DNA from: Acidobacteriota bacterium
GTDB taxonomy: Bacteria; Acidobacteriota; Thermoanaerobaculia; Gp7-AA8
Direction of reading: 5' to 3'
Assembly: GCA_019244185.1 (NCBI GenBank)
Contig: JAFATB010000026.1
Coordinates: 64,001-128,000, forward strand
Length of the DNA: 64,000 bases
Part shown: positions 8,250 through 19,346 of the stretch, one piece after another
Layout of the letters: every line of letters begins with the position of its first letter
Numbering within the stretch: position 1 is the stretch's first letter
Program-made: the position numbers and the translations under genes
The notes under the pieces: model-generated
The model's database searches: none
What the model was told of the DNA's origin: nothing
What the model saw: the letters and a program-made list of their open reading frames with translations, nothing else

Positions 8250-11051
8250 ATGAATCACGCAGACGGATCGATTCTGCAGTTCGGTACCTTTCACCTCGCG
8301 CACGGTGTCGAACTGCTCTATCGCGGCGAAGAGGTCGTGCCGCTCGAGCCGCGCGCCGTGCGCGTGCTCCGCTATCTCGTCGAGCACAACGACCGCGTGC
8401 TGTCGAAGGAAGAGCTGCTCGAGGAAGTGTGGCCCGACGTCTTCACGACGGACGGCGTGCTGAAGAAAGCGGTCTCGCAGATCCGCCGCACGATCGGCGA
8501 CGACGCCGAGCAGTCGCGCTTCATCGCCACGTACCACGGCCGCGGCTATCGCTTCATCGCGCCGGTGACACGCATTGGCGCCGCGACGCCGAAAATTGTC
8601 ACTACGACGGAGTCGGAGCTCGTTCCGAACTACGACCAGCTGGCCGCGCGCGACGCCGAGCTGCTCACGCTGCGCGCCGAGTTTCGCAGCGCGCTCGAAG
8701 GCTCGCCGCGGCCGGTCGCCATCGTCGGCGAGACCGGCATCGGCAAGACGCAGCTCGTCCGCCACTTCCGCCGCTGGGCCGTCGAGCAGGGCGCGATCTC
8801 GCTCTACGGACGCTTCTTCGATTACCGCGGCGCGCGGCTCGCGCCGTACGAGCTGTTCATCGATCTGCTCCGCACTGCGGTCGTCAACGGCAAGCCGCCC
8901 GACGGCACGCCGCTGCGCGATGCGATCGAGGCGGCGTGCGGCGTGCGGCTGCCCGCGGAGCTGTTCGAAGACTCGCATCGCGTCGATGCCGCGGGCGCGA
9001 AACCGGTCGGGGGCAACGCCGGCGATCACTTCCGCATCATCGTGCCGATCTGCCGCGCGTGGCTCGCGCTGAGCCGCCGGCAGCCGCTCGTCATCGCCCT
9101 CGACGATCTGCAGTGGGCCGATCCGGCGAGCCTCGACGTGATCGGCTGTCTCATGCGGATGGTGGAGAACGAGCCGCTGATGCTCATCAACATCATCCGC
9201 AGCGGCGAGGCCGAGAGCGCGGACCAGCGCGTCGAGTCGTGGCTCGCCGAGCAGGCGGTGCGGCGCACGTACACGACGGTGCGCCTGCAGCGGCTGGGCG
9301 AGGAGCACTGCCGCGACATGATCGGCAGGATCTTCGGCATGCGGCGCGGCGGCGAAGTGCCGCGCAACGACGTCGAGACGCTGTACGGCCTCACCGGAGG
9401 CAATCCGTACTTTCTCGTCGAGACGCTGCGGCATCTCGTCGCCGTCGGCGCGATCGCGCCCGACGCCGAGTCGCACGGCTGGCAATGGAACGGCGTGCGC
9501 GATCTCTCGCTGCCGGAGACGATCGTCACCGCCGCGCGCGCGAAGATCAACCGCCTCTCCGAGCGCCTGCGCGCGCTGCTCGAGCCCGCGGCCGTCATCG
9601 GCGAGGAGTTTCACGTCGCGACGCTGTGCGGCGTCGCCGGCGCGAGCGTCGAAGAAGTGGAAGAGCTGCTGAGCGAGGGAGTGCGCCGCGGCGTGCTGTC
9701 GATTCAGGGGCTCACGCCGGGCGAGGATTGCCGCTTTCAGCATTCGCTTCTACGCCGTGTCGTGTACGACGCCATTCCGCCGCGCCGCCGCCGCGAGCTG
9801 CACGCGCGCACCGCGGCGGCGCTCGAGTCGGTGTACGGCGCGGAGAGCGAGCGCGTCGCCGAGGCGCTGGCGGCGCATCATTCGGCCGCCGGCGATCTGC
9901 GGCGCTCGTTCGAAGCGGGCATGCGCGCGTGGCGCGCGGCGAGCAGCCGCTCCGAGTGGCGCAAGGCGGTCGCGCTGATTCAGCGCGTCGATGAGCTCTC
10001 GCGACACTTGACGCTCACTCCCGCGGAGTCTCTCGACGTCCTCCTCGCCCTCGGCGAGTCGTGGCGCGCCGCGGGACGCATCCGCGAGTCGGCGAAGGCG
10101 CTCGATCGCGCCGTCGCCATCGCCGCGTCCGCCGGCGATCCGCTTCCCCTGGGACACGCGCTGCTGCGCCGCGGCCTCACGGACATCGCGCTCAGCGACT
10201 ACACTGCCGCGCGCGCGTCGCTTGCGCAGGCGCTCGATCTCTTTCTCGACCGCGACGACGGCGGCGCGATCTCGTACGCGCTCGTGCATCTCGCCGGCGT
10301 CGAGGCATCCACCGGCAACTACGAACGCGCGGCCTTGCTCGTCGAGGAACTGCGGGCCGGCGAGCCGGGCGCCGAGCTCGCGGCGCTCGCCGACGGCATC
10401 ATGGGCTGGTCGCTCGCGCTCCGCGGCGACTACGCGGAGGGCACCGCGCTCATGGCGCGCGCGCTCGACTATCACGATCGCGCCGGCGAGATCCGCGAGC
10501 GCGCGCTGCTGTTGCGCCGCCTGCATTGGGCGTATCTCTCGCGCGGCGACTACGAGCAGGCCATCGAGCTGGCCGTGCGCGCGCGCACCGATTCCGAGAC
10601 CGTCGGCGACGTGAACGGCGAGGCGAAGGCGAACATGGGCATCGGCCAGGCGCATCTCGCGCGCGGCGCGCATGCCGAGGCGATCTCGTATCTCACGCGA
10701 GCGATCGGTCAGCTGAAGTCGAGCGGCGACGCCCATTGCGAAGCCGAATGCTTCTGGCTCCTCGGCCGCGCGCGCTGTGAGATCGGCGCGCTCGACGAGT
10801 CCGCGCATCTGCTCGACCGCGCGCTGACGATGATCCGCCGCATCGGCGACCGCGACGACGAGTTCCGCATCCTCACCGACCTCGCGCGCCTCGCGATCGC
10901 GCGCGGCGACCACGACGCGGGCCGCGCCCGCGCGCTCGAAGCCCGCGATCTCGCCGCGACGCTCGGCAACCGCCAGGGCGTGGAAGAAGCCGAGGCGGAA
11001 CTCGCGCGCTGCGCCGGGAGGGCGGGCGGGGTGGCTAGGGCGGGGCGGTGA
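8250..11051 (+). CDS. Winged-helix (OmpR/CadC-type) plus AAA ATPase plus TPR regulator
   Basis: N-terminal FG.F.L...LEPR...VL.YL...VLSKEELL..VW...I.T..GRGYRF; GETGIGKT; LDDLQWAD; GGNPYF; C-terminal helical repeats. Confidence 0.9.
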   Translation: MNHADGSILQFGTFHLAHGVELLYRGEEVVPLEPRAVRVLRYLVEHNDRVLSKEELLEEVWPDVFTTDGVLKKAVSQIRRTIGDDAEQSRFIATYHGRGYRFIAPVTRIGAATPKIVTTTESELVPNYDQLAARDAELLTLRAEFRSALEGSPRPVAIVGETGIGKTQLVRHFRRWAVEQGAISLYGRFFDYRGARLAPYELFIDLLRTAVVNGKPPDGTPLRDAIEAACGVRLPAELFEDSHRVDAAGAKPVGGNAGDHFRIIVPICRAWLALSRRQPLVIALDDLQWADPASLDVIGCLMRMVENEPLMLINIIRSGEAESADQRVESWLAEQAVRRTYTTVRLQRLGEEHCRDMIGRIFGMRRGGEVPRNDVETLYGLTGGNPYFLVETLRHLVAVGAIAPDAESHGWQWNGVRDLSLPETIVTAARAKINRLSERLRALLEPAAVIGEEFHVATLCGVAGASVEEVEELLSEGVRRGVLSIQGLTPGEDCRFQHSLLRRVVYDAIPPRRRRELHARTAAALESVYGAESERVAEALAAHHSAAGDLRRSFEAGMRAWRAASSRSEWRKAVALIQRVDELSRHLTLTPAESLDVLLALGESWRAAGRIRESAKALDRAVAIAASAGDPLPLGHALLRRGLTDIALSDYTAARASLAQALDLFLDRDDGGAISYALVHLAGVEASTGNYERAALLVEELRAGEPGAELAALADGIMGWSLALRGDYAEGTALMARALDYHDRAGEIRERALLLRRLHWAYLSRGDYEQAIELAVRARTDSETVGDVNGEAKANMGIGQAHLARGAHAEAISYLTRAIGQLKSSGDAHCEAECFWLLGRARCEIGALDESAHLLDRALTMIRRIGDRDDEFRILTDLARLAIARGDHDAGRARALEARDLAATLGNRQGVEEAEAELARCAGRAGGVARAGR

Positions 11052-11159
11052 GCGAAACCGGCCGGTAATCCCTGCCGTCACCAAACGGTCACCCAACCGT
11101 CAGGAGCTTTTGCGCGCCGCGCTCTAACTTCCTTCGCGAACAACACAAAGGAGGAAGTC

Positions 11160-14100
11160 ATGAAGGGCCGATCGGTGCGCGTGGTGTGTCTCGTCTTTTT
11201 GCTCGCGCTGTCGTGCGCGTCCCTGTTCGCGCAGGAGCGGAGAAGCGACAGCTCGGTGTACGACAAATATCCGCTGGTGGAGCCGATCGCCGGCGAGCAG
11301 AAAGAGGATTTCGAACAGAGCTTCGAGCTGTACCAGCAGCTGTTCAGCGAAGAGGGCGGCGAGGCGCGCGTGCGCGCGTACAGCGAGCTCACCGCGATGC
11401 GGCGCGCGCGGCATCCGCGCCCGCGCACGAACGGCCCGAACGAAACCGACGCGAACGGCTGCGCGTGGGTCAGCGCTGGTCCGACGAACATCAATGGGCG
11501 CGTGACGCAGATCGCCGTCGATCCGACCGATGGCAACAAGGTCTATGCGACCACCGTCGGCGGCATCTGGCGGTCGGTGGACGGCGCCCGGCGCTGGCAG
11601 CGCGTGTCGGATGATTTCCTGTCTACGGTCTTCAGTTCGATCGCGGTGAATCCGTCGACGCCGAGCGAAGTCATTGCCGGCGGCGGTGACGCCGACTACC
11701 AGAACTCGTACCGAGGCGGTATCGGCATCTGGCGCTCGACCAATTTCGGCGCGCCCGGCTCGTGGAAGAAAGTCAGCCCGCCCGATTTCGACAACAAGAT
11801 CATCTTCCGCATCCGCATCGATCCGGCCTCACCGAACGACATCTACGTCGCGACCAACCACGGCGTCTGGCTCGGCGTCCACAATGGCGGGAACATCACG
11901 TTCTCGCGCATCGGGAACTTCGACGCCGCCACGAGCGATCTCGTGGTCGATTTCGCGTCGACGCCGCACAAAGTCTTCGCCGGCGTGTACAGCCCCAGCG
12001 CATCGTTCGGCAAAGGCATCTGGAAGTGGGACGGCGCGTCGTGGGTGAAGAAAGACAACGGCATTCCCACGGACAACATTCGCCTCGTCGCGCTCGCAAT
12101 GGCGAAAACGCACCCGAACGTGCTCTATGCGCGCATGGTCGCCACCGACGGCCAGCAGCAGGGCATTTACAAGACCATTCTGTCGGGCGATTTATGGGAT
12201 GTGCTGCCGAGCGCGGTGATCGTCAATGACTCCGGCAGCGCCAACTTCTTCTGGTATTCCTGGTACAACAACGTGATCGAGGTCGATCCGACGGACGCGA
12301 ACCGCGTCTATGCGGCCGGCCTCAGTATGTACCGCAGCCTCAATGGCGGTTTCGATTGGGAAATCATCTCCGCGGGACACGATCCCGATTATCCCTACAA
12401 CACGCACGGCGACCACCACGCCCTCACCTTCGACCCGGTCAATCCGAAAATCCTCTATGCCGGCAACGACGGCGGCGTCGATAAATCGACCGACTCCGGC
12501 CAGAACGTCTGGCATTGGCACGACGCGTCCCACGGCATGATCATGACCGAGTTCTATTACATGACCTCGGAGCACGAGCATCCGTCTCTCATCGCCGGCG
12601 GCTCGCAGGACAACGGCACCGAGATCACCTTCGGCAACCGCACCTGGTACAACCCGGGCGGCTGCGACGGCTTCCAGGTCGGCGTCGACGCGAAGAATCC
12701 CGACACGCTCTATGCAAACTGCAATCACAATGAATACGAGATCGCCAATCCCGTCCCCGGGACGATCGGCGGACAGTCGCAGATCGCATGGAACACTCCC
12801 GTGCCCGTGCGCGAGCCCGCGACGACGGATCGCCTTTATGCAGGCGGCGCGCTCGCCGGAGGCGGGGATCTGTGCGACAAACAGACCGTCCTCAAGACCA
12901 CGGACGGCGTGAACTGGTTCTTTACGAACACCGCGTTTCCGGCGGGCGGAAAGGCGCGCGTGATCGCCAGCGCGTCCGCGGCGAATTTCCAGACGTACAT
13001 GGCCGCCGTCGCGTACAACCCTCCCTCGCTCAATGATTGTCCGAATTTCCAGGGCGTGTCGTTCACGCCGGTCATCTGGCGCACCGACAACGGCGGCGCG
13101 AACTGGACCGCCAATGCCACCGGCCTGCCGAAGCTGCTGCCGACGTCGATCGTGTTCGATCCGAACGATCCCTTCCGCGTCTTCATCTCGTACTCCGGCG
13201 GCAACGCGCCGCTCTACATGACGACGGACGGCACCAATTACGTGCCGGTGTCCGGCAGCGGCGCTACCGGTCTGCCGCCGTCGAGCGGCGTGATGGAAGT
13301 GGCCGTCGATCCGTTCGACGCGGACATCGTTTACGCCGCGACGACCGTCGGCGTCTTCCGCGGCGTCATTACGCCGGGCGCGCCGCCGTCGGCGGTCTGG
13401 ACGCCGTTCGACGAAGGAATGCCGGACGGCACGTTCATCAACGGCATCTGGTCCGATCCGAAGACCGGCGTCCTCTATGCCGGCACGTTCGGCCACGGCG
13501 TCTATCGCCGCGACATCCATCCCGACGCGAAGTGCCCGGCGCGCATGCTCGTCGTGCGCGACAACGTCTACGACGACGGCGTCGAGCCTTCGCCTTATGG
13601 CATTCCCGACGCCGAGCATCCGATCCCCGATCCCGCGCGCCCGCAGTTCTACAAGCCGGACGACACGTGGGGCGGCAGAACGTACTGGTGGACGTCGAGC
13701 GACATTCGCGTCTACGTCCCGTCGGAGGCGCTGCCGAAGAACACGTTCTCGCGCGTCGATCACGTGGAGTTCGAAGTCTGTCCGACGACGCTCGGCGATT
13801 GCCCGGCCGGCACGATGGTCGACGCGGCGCCGGTCTCCGGCAAGACCGCGCACGTCTACGTGCAGGTGCAGAACCGCGGCGTGCAGCCGGTGGAGAAGAC
13901 GCGCGTGATCGCGATCTGGGCGCCGCTGTCGGCCGCGTTGCCGCCGCTGCCGCCGTCGTTCTGGTCGACGACATTCCCCGCGAACGGTCCGTGCGGCGCG
14001 ATCGATCCGAGCACCGGCTGGCAGCTCATCGATCCGGTTAATCCGTGCCGGCAGATCGCGAACATCGATGCCGAGGTGCCGGAGCTGGCGCGGTTCGAAT

Positions 14101-14684
14101 GGTCGGTGCCGAAGGGAGTGGATGGACATGCATGCATCCTCACCATCGTCGAATCGCCCGACGATCCGCTCGATCCGAGCATCCGCGCGCAGAACCTCCT
14201 CAAGCCGGAAGAGTTCGTCCCGATCTCGCGCCACATCGCGCAGCGCAACGTCACGATCCAGAAGTTCAAGATGAAGATGCTCGCGCCGATCCTCTTCCCG
14301 ATCCAGCTCATCGATCCGCCGGAGGAGCGCGGCTTCGAGGTCGTGGTGTCGAAGCCCGATCTCCGCGACGCCGTGAAGCTCGCGCTGCCGCGCGGCATGG
14401 CCGCACGTCCGACGTTCGGCGAGGCGCGGCCGATCCGCATCGAAGTAACGCCGGAGCTGATGCGCCAGCTCGAGTCGATGGGTCTCGATCCTGACAACGC
14501 GTGGCAGCTCGAAGGTGACGAGGCCGGCCTCTTCCTCGACATGCGTCCCGGCGATCGCACCACGATCGGCGTCATCGGCAGCCCCGGCTCCGACACGACG
14601 TCGTCGCGCTTCTCGGTCGTGCAGCGCGTCGGAGGCAAGGCCATCGGCGGCAACGTCTATCTCTTCCGACCCGAAGCGCAATGA
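11160..14684 (+). CDS. Secreted BNR/VPS10-like beta-propeller (glycosyl hydrolase/sialidase-like) protein with C-terminal extension
   Basis: Signal peptide; W.S.GP..I.GRV, repeated S.DGG..W Asp-boxes, H.DHH, GGSQDNG, GTFG.G. Confidence 0.85.
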   Translation: MKGRSVRVVCLVFLLALSCASLFAQERRSDSSVYDKYPLVEPIAGEQKEDFEQSFELYQQLFSEEGGEARVRAYSELTAMRRARHPRPRTNGPNETDANGCAWVSAGPTNINGRVTQIAVDPTDGNKVYATTVGGIWRSVDGARRWQRVSDDFLSTVFSSIAVNPSTPSEVIAGGGDADYQNSYRGGIGIWRSTNFGAPGSWKKVSPPDFDNKIIFRIRIDPASPNDIYVATNHGVWLGVHNGGNITFSRIGNFDAATSDLVVDFASTPHKVFAGVYSPSASFGKGIWKWDGASWVKKDNGIPTDNIRLVALAMAKTHPNVLYARMVATDGQQQGIYKTILSGDLWDVLPSAVIVNDSGSANFFWYSWYNNVIEVDPTDANRVYAAGLSMYRSLNGGFDWEIISAGHDPDYPYNTHGDHHALTFDPVNPKILYAGNDGGVDKSTDSGQNVWHWHDASHGMIMTEFYYMTSEHEHPSLIAGGSQDNGTEITFGNRTWYNPGGCDGFQVGVDAKNPDTLYANCNHNEYEIANPVPGTIGGQSQIAWNTPVPVREPATTDRLYAGGALAGGGDLCDKQTVLKTTDGVNWFFTNTAFPAGGKARVIASASAANFQTYMAAVAYNPPSLNDCPNFQGVSFTPVIWRTDNGGANWTANATGLPKLLPTSIVFDPNDPFRVFISYSGGNAPLYMTTDGTNYVPVSGSGATGLPPSSGVMEVAVDPFDADIVYAATTVGVFRGVITPGAPPSAVWTPFDEGMPDGTFINGIWSDPKTGVLYAGTFGHGVYRRDIHPDAKCPARMLVVRDNVYDDGVEPSPYGIPDAEHPIPDPARPQFYKPDDTWGGRTYWWTSSDIRVYVPSEALPKNTFSRVDHVEFEVCPTTLGDCPAGTMVDAAPVSGKTAHVYVQVQNRGVQPVEKTRVIAIWAPLSAALPPLPPSFWSTTFPANGPCGAIDPSTGWQLIDPVNPCRQIANIDAEVPELARFEWSVPKGVDGHACILTIVESPDDPLDPSIRAQNLLKPEEFVPISRHIAQRNVTIQKFKMKMLAPILFPIQLIDPPEERGFEVVVSKPDLRDAVKLALPRGMAARPTFGEARPIRIEVTPELMRQLESMGLDPDNAWQLEGDEAGLFLDMRPGDRTTIGVIGSPGSDTTSSRFSVVQRVGGKAIGGNVYLFRPEAQ

Positions 14685-14793
14685 AGGAACCTCGTCGCCG
14701 AATGCCGCACGGCATTCGGCGACGAGGACTTCGCGGCGCCCTGCGTCGCCGTGCGTGCAAGAAACGGCGGCGCGAAGTAATCTCTCGCACCGC

Positions 14794-15978
14794 ATGGGAT
14801 CGAATCCGGCGGTTGACCTGTACGACACCGAGCTCACGTTCCGCGGTGTCCCGACCTGGAAGCTGCACCTCATCCGCCTGATGTTCCGCTCGATCCTGCC
14901 GCGCCTCGTCGCGCACGGCGAGACGCTCGGGCTCCTCACGCTGCGCATTCCGATCCTCGGCAAGCTGCTCGTGCGCTACATCGGGCCGTTTCCGTACTTT
15001 TGCGGCGGCACCAGCATCGAAGACTGCGAAGGCACGGTGAAGCGCCTGCACCAGCGCGGCATCCGCTCGATCCTCGACTACTCCGCGGAAGGATTGAAAA
15101 ACGAGGCCGGCTTCGACGTCACGCGCGACGAGGTGCTGCACGCGCTGCGTCACGCGTCGTCGTCGAGCGATGAGCCCTTCGGCGTCTTCAAGATCACCGG
15201 CGTCGGCGACAAGGATCTGCTCGAGAAAGTGTCGTCGGGTGCAGCGTTGACTGCGAACGAACGCGCGGCATTCGACCGCACCGTTGCGCGCGTGCGGCAG
15301 ATCTGCGCGACCGCCGCGGAAGATCGCCTGCGCGTGCTCATCGATGCCGAGGAGTCGTGGATTCAGAAGGCGATCGACGACATCGCCGAGGAAATGATGG
15401 CGGAGTTCAACCGCGAGCAGGCCATCATCTACACGACCGTGCAGATGTACCGCGTCGACCGGCTCGACTACCTGCAGCGCCTGTACGAGCGCGGCGTGAG
15501 CGGCGGCTTCATCCCGGGCGTGAAGCTCGTGCGCGGCGCCTACATGGAAGCCGAACGCGCGCGCGCCGCGGCGACCGGCCAGCCCGATCCGATCCACGCG
15601 ACGAAGGAAGCAACCGACGCGGCATTCGACGCCGCGGTGGCGTTCTGCATCGAGCACATCGATCGCATCGCGCTCGTCGCCGGCACGCACAACGAGGCGT
15701 CCGTCGCGAAGCTGCTCGACCAGATGTCGCGCCGCGGCCTCACGCCCGGCGATCCGCGCGTCGAATGCTCCCAGCTCCTCGGCATGAGCGACAACCTCAG
15801 TCGCGCGCTCGCCGAGCACGGCTACAACACGTCGAAGTACGTTCCCTACGGCCCGCTCGAAACCGCAATCCCGTATCTCGTCCGCCGCGCGCAGGAGAAC
15901 TCGTCCGTCGCGGGACAAACCGATCGCGAGCTACGCCTCGTGACGACGGAGCTCGCGCGCCGTCGCGGCGCGAAGTAG
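14794..15978 (+). CDS. Proline dehydrogenase (monofunctional)
   Basis: FCGG, ILDYSAE, LIDAEES, GVKLVRGAYM..ER, GTHN, QLLGM.D, KYVPYGP...YL.RRA.EN; start uncertain. Confidence 0.92.
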   Translation: MGSNPAVDLYDTELTFRGVPTWKLHLIRLMFRSILPRLVAHGETLGLLTLRIPILGKLLVRYIGPFPYFCGGTSIEDCEGTVKRLHQRGIRSILDYSAEGLKNEAGFDVTRDEVLHALRHASSSSDEPFGVFKITGVGDKDLLEKVSSGAALTANERAAFDRTVARVRQICATAAEDRLRVLIDAEESWIQKAIDDIAEEMMAEFNREQAIIYTTVQMYRVDRLDYLQRLYERGVSGGFIPGVKLVRGAYMEAERARAAATGQPDPIHATKEATDAAFDAAVAFCIEHIDRIALVAGTHNEASVAKLLDQMSRRGLTPGDPRVECSQLLGMSDNLSRALAEHGYNTSKYVPYGPLETAIPYLVRRAQENSSVAGQTDRELRLVTTELARRRGAK

Positions 15979-16043
15979 GGAACGGGTTGTCGCGTTACAA
16001 TTGCGCGCGGTCCGAAATCCATTAACGATCCCCAAAGCCCTCG

Positions 16044-18293
16044 ATGCCAAAACTCTCCAGATCCACGATGCTCGCGGTCTGTCTCGCCGCGGCACTCGTG
16101 ACCGTCTCCGCGTCCGCCGCCGAGACCCTGCGCCGCGTCCCGCTCTATCGCACCGGAATCCAGTCCGATTACGTCGGGGGTGCGCACATCGTCGTGGGCA
16201 ACGTCTACGGCAGCGCCTCGAGTGCGCCGGAGATCGTCACCTGCAGCAACGGCGCGGCGTTCGCGCTCAGCGCCGTCACGTCCTCGTCCTACCGGACCGT
16301 CTGGTTCACGCAGCGCACGAACTGCGTGGCCGTTGCGGTGGGCGACGTCGACGCGGACGGCGCGAATGAAGTCCTCGTGGGCACCGACGAAGGCTCCGGA
16401 AAGCCCGGACTGATCCAGATCTACACGCCCCTCGGCTTCGGCGGTCCGCGCGCCACGATCACCCTTCCGGGCACTGAAGCCGTCCAGGATGTCGCGATCG
16501 GAAACGCGGACGCCGATCCCGGCCTGGAAATCGTCGTTGCCACGCTCAGTAACACGTACGTCTACGACGCGGCGACGCGGGCACTCGAGTGGACGGCGGC
16601 GGGCCGCGGCGGAACCTTCGTCGCCGTCGCGGACCTCGAGAATGACGGCGTTCCGGAAATCATTCTGAGCGGCGACAGCGACGGCCAGGTGCTCAACGGC
16701 GTCACGCACGCGTTCAAGTGGGGCTTTGCCGGCGGGTTCGGCGTTCACGTCGCCGTCGGCGACGTCGATGGCGATGGCAAGCCGGAGATCGTCGGCAGCG
16801 ACGCGTGGAGCGGAACCGTGCGCGTCGTGCAGGGCGACACGCACACGGTGTCGTCCTTCACCGCTGCGGAGCGAACGGTGCAGAGCCTCGGCATCGGCGA
16901 CGGGAACCACGACGGGCAGAACGAGATCCTCACCGGCGACGATCAGTGGGGATTCGTCTACGGCTTTTCATGGACCGGCACGGAACTGTGGCGCGTCTCC
17001 AATCCTGAACATGGCGTGAGCGGCATCGCCGCCGGCGACGTCGACGGCGATGGCGCGGGAGAAGTGATCTGGGGCGCGGGATTCAGCTCGTCCGGCAAAG
17101 ACGCGGCATTCATCGCCGGCACCGCCTCGAAGACCATCGAATGGTCCACGTCCGATCTGGACGGTCCGTTCCATGCGTCGATCGCCGACCTCGATGGCGA
17201 CGGCCGCAAAGAGCTCGTAGCGGTGACCGCCACGACGGACAGCGGATACAGCAGCGGTCAGGTGCAGATCCACGATCTGGGCGGCAACGTCACGGCGTGG
17301 TACAGCGGCGGAAGCTTCGAGGGGAACACCGACATCGCGACCGGTCAGGTCGACGCCGATCCGGCTCGGGAGATCGTGGTGATGGGCGGCCGCTATTCGG
17401 ATGGCCGCATTTCCGTCTATGACGGAGTCTCCCACGCGCTCGAGTGGACGAGTCCCGCGAGCAACATCACAGCCTCCAGCGGAATGATCGTGCGCAACAT
17501 CGATGCGGATCCTACCGACGAGATCGTCGTCGCGGCCACGAACAAGGTCGAGGTCCTCGATGGCGCGTCGCCGTTCGTGCAGGCCTCGACGCCTGCACTC
17601 GACGATCTCGTGCAGAACTTCGCGATCGCCGATCTCGACGGCGACAGCGTGCCCGATCTCGTCGTGGTGACGTACTCCGGTTTTTACGTCTTCCGCATGT
17701 CGGACATGTCGGAGCGCATCCACACCTCCATGACCGGCATCTCGAAGGTCGCTGCAACGGCGGGGGAGTTCGCCCTCATCGTCACGTCCGGCAGCCCGGT
17801 GATCATCAGCTATTCAGGAACCACGCTCGCCGAGCAGTGGCGCTGCAGCCCCGGCACTTACGCATTGGCGGCCGATTACGTCACGCTCGGCGGCGCAAAG
17901 TGGCTCGCCGTTGCGGACGACCAGACCCTGCGCCTCTATCCCACCGGCGGCACGTCTTGTCCAACGACGGCGGCCGCGGAATACGCCCTGCCGTACCTCG
18001 ACAACGTTCGCTTTCAGGACCTCAACGGTGACGGTGCGCCGGAGCTGATCGCCGGAACGTGGAACGGTGCATCGATCGATCTCCTCGCGCTTGGCAGCGC
18101 TCCTCGCGGCGACGCCGACAACGACGGTCTCGTGACGGATGCAGACATGGACGCCATCGCGCGCTATTACTTCGGCGACGGCGCCATCCCCGCGGCCGGC
18201 GCCGACGTCAACGGCGATTCATCGCTGCGCGTCGACGACCTGCTCTATCTCATCAACGACCGTCGCGGAACCGGAGCGGCGCCTCCGCAATAG
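16044..18293 (+). CDS. Secreted FG-GAP/VCBS repeat protein with C-terminal dockerin-like domain
   Basis: Signal peptide; many GDVDGDG..EI repeats; C-terminal GDADNDG.V...D and ADVNGD...D. Confidence 0.85.
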   Translation: MPKLSRSTMLAVCLAAALVTVSASAAETLRRVPLYRTGIQSDYVGGAHIVVGNVYGSASSAPEIVTCSNGAAFALSAVTSSSYRTVWFTQRTNCVAVAVGDVDADGANEVLVGTDEGSGKPGLIQIYTPLGFGGPRATITLPGTEAVQDVAIGNADADPGLEIVVATLSNTYVYDAATRALEWTAAGRGGTFVAVADLENDGVPEIILSGDSDGQVLNGVTHAFKWGFAGGFGVHVAVGDVDGDGKPEIVGSDAWSGTVRVVQGDTHTVSSFTAAERTVQSLGIGDGNHDGQNEILTGDDQWGFVYGFSWTGTELWRVSNPEHGVSGIAAGDVDGDGAGEVIWGAGFSSSGKDAAFIAGTASKTIEWSTSDLDGPFHASIADLDGDGRKELVAVTATTDSGYSSGQVQIHDLGGNVTAWYSGGSFEGNTDIATGQVDADPAREIVVMGGRYSDGRISVYDGVSHALEWTSPASNITASSGMIVRNIDADPTDEIVVAATNKVEVLDGASPFVQASTPALDDLVQNFAIADLDGDSVPDLVVVTYSGFYVFRMSDMSERIHTSMTGISKVAATAGEFALIVTSGSPVIISYSGTTLAEQWRCSPGTYALAADYVTLGGAKWLAVADDQTLRLYPTGGTSCPTTAAAEYALPYLDNVRFQDLNGDGAPELIAGTWNGASIDLLALGSAPRGDADNDGLVTDADMDAIARYYFGDGAIPAAGADVNGDSSLRVDDLLYLINDRRGTGAAPPQ

Positions 18294-18322
18294 AGGCACC
18301 GAGCCTTGCCCGCGGATGTCGT

Positions 18323-18718
18323 TCAGGCGCCCGGCCGCGGCAGCGCCTTGATCGCGCGGCGTTCATCCATCGCGCGATATCCCCCGGCCACCTGCGCAAG
18401 CGGCAGCGTCAGATCGAAGACTTTCCCCGGATCGATCCTGCCGTCCCACACCATTTCGATTAGTGCGGGAAGGAAGCGCCGCGCCGACGCGGGACCGCCG
18501 CGCAGATGCACGTGCGAGAAGAACAGCTCCACGCCGTCGAGCACCACGCCGTGCGGGACGCCGACGTAGCCGACGTGACCGCCGGGCCGCGTCGAGCGGA
18601 TCGCCTGCGTCTTCGCGGACAGCACGCCGAGGAGACCGACCGCGCCGTCGCCGCCGACGACGGTCGTCTTGCCCGGTTGCACGTTCGCGGCTTCCGCGGC
18701 GAACCAGCCCGTGCTCAC
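18323..18718 (-). pseudogene. Truncated, internally deleted zinc-dependent alcohol dehydrogenase remnant
   Basis: Only the C-terminal part (TGWFAA...GDGAVGL...GYVGVPH...GYRAMDERRAIKAL) remains; no N-terminal catalytic half. Confidence 0.75.
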
Positions 18719-18788
18719 ATTGCACGACTCCTTGCCGCGGACCGAACTCGCCGCTGCAGTCTGGCGCGCCCGATCGCGCGATGCGCGC

Positions 18789-19346
18789 CTACGGCGTCAC
18801 GGTCCCGAAGACCGGCGTCGCCGCATTGCGTCGCGAGAAGCTGAACTCCATCAGCGTGTGGTCGTTCGGCATCGCCGTCGCGTGCAGCGAAAGCCACGAC
18901 GACGGCACGCTCGTGACGTTCATCGGCGATGACGGCGTGACCGTGAGCGCCGCCTGCTGCGCGCGCGCATACCACCCGCTCACGCTCATCCAGTCGACCG
19001 GCTGTGCCGTGACTCTCGTATCGACCGCGCCCGACGCGGCAGGGGAGAAGCGCATCGCTGGCAGGAGCGAGGCGGACGCGAAAAACCAGACGCGATCGTT
19101 CACCACCGCGCCACCGACGGAGCCGTCGTAACGGTTTCCGCCGAACGCACCGAAGTCCCGCGAGAGCGACAGCGTGCCCGACAACCGCTCGCGCGATTTC
19201 GTGACCATCTCCAGCGCGCCCCCGTCCGCCCGCCCGAACTCGCTCGACGACGGCGGCGCGATCGCGACCGTCGGCTGCGCGACGGCGCTGATCGCAATCA
19301 ACGCGAATGCGGCGGTGAGAGGTGCGATCTTGCGGATGAGCATCAT
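18789..19346 (-). CDS. Secreted hypothetical protein resembling a TonB-dependent receptor fragment
   Basis: Signal peptide; SEFGRA.GG.L..VTKS and S.GG.VV.DR.WFF motifs typical of Oar-like receptors, but only 185 aa. Confidence 0.55.
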   Translation of the reverse strand: MMLIRKIAPLTAAFALIAISAVAQPTVAIAPPSSSEFGRADGGALEMVTKSRERLSGTLSLSRDFGAFGGNRYDGSVGGAVVNDRVWFFASASLLPAMRFSPAASGAVDTRVTAQPVDWMSVSGWYARAQQAALTVTPSSPMNVTSVPSSWLSLHATAMPNDHTLMEFSFSRRNAATPVFGTVTP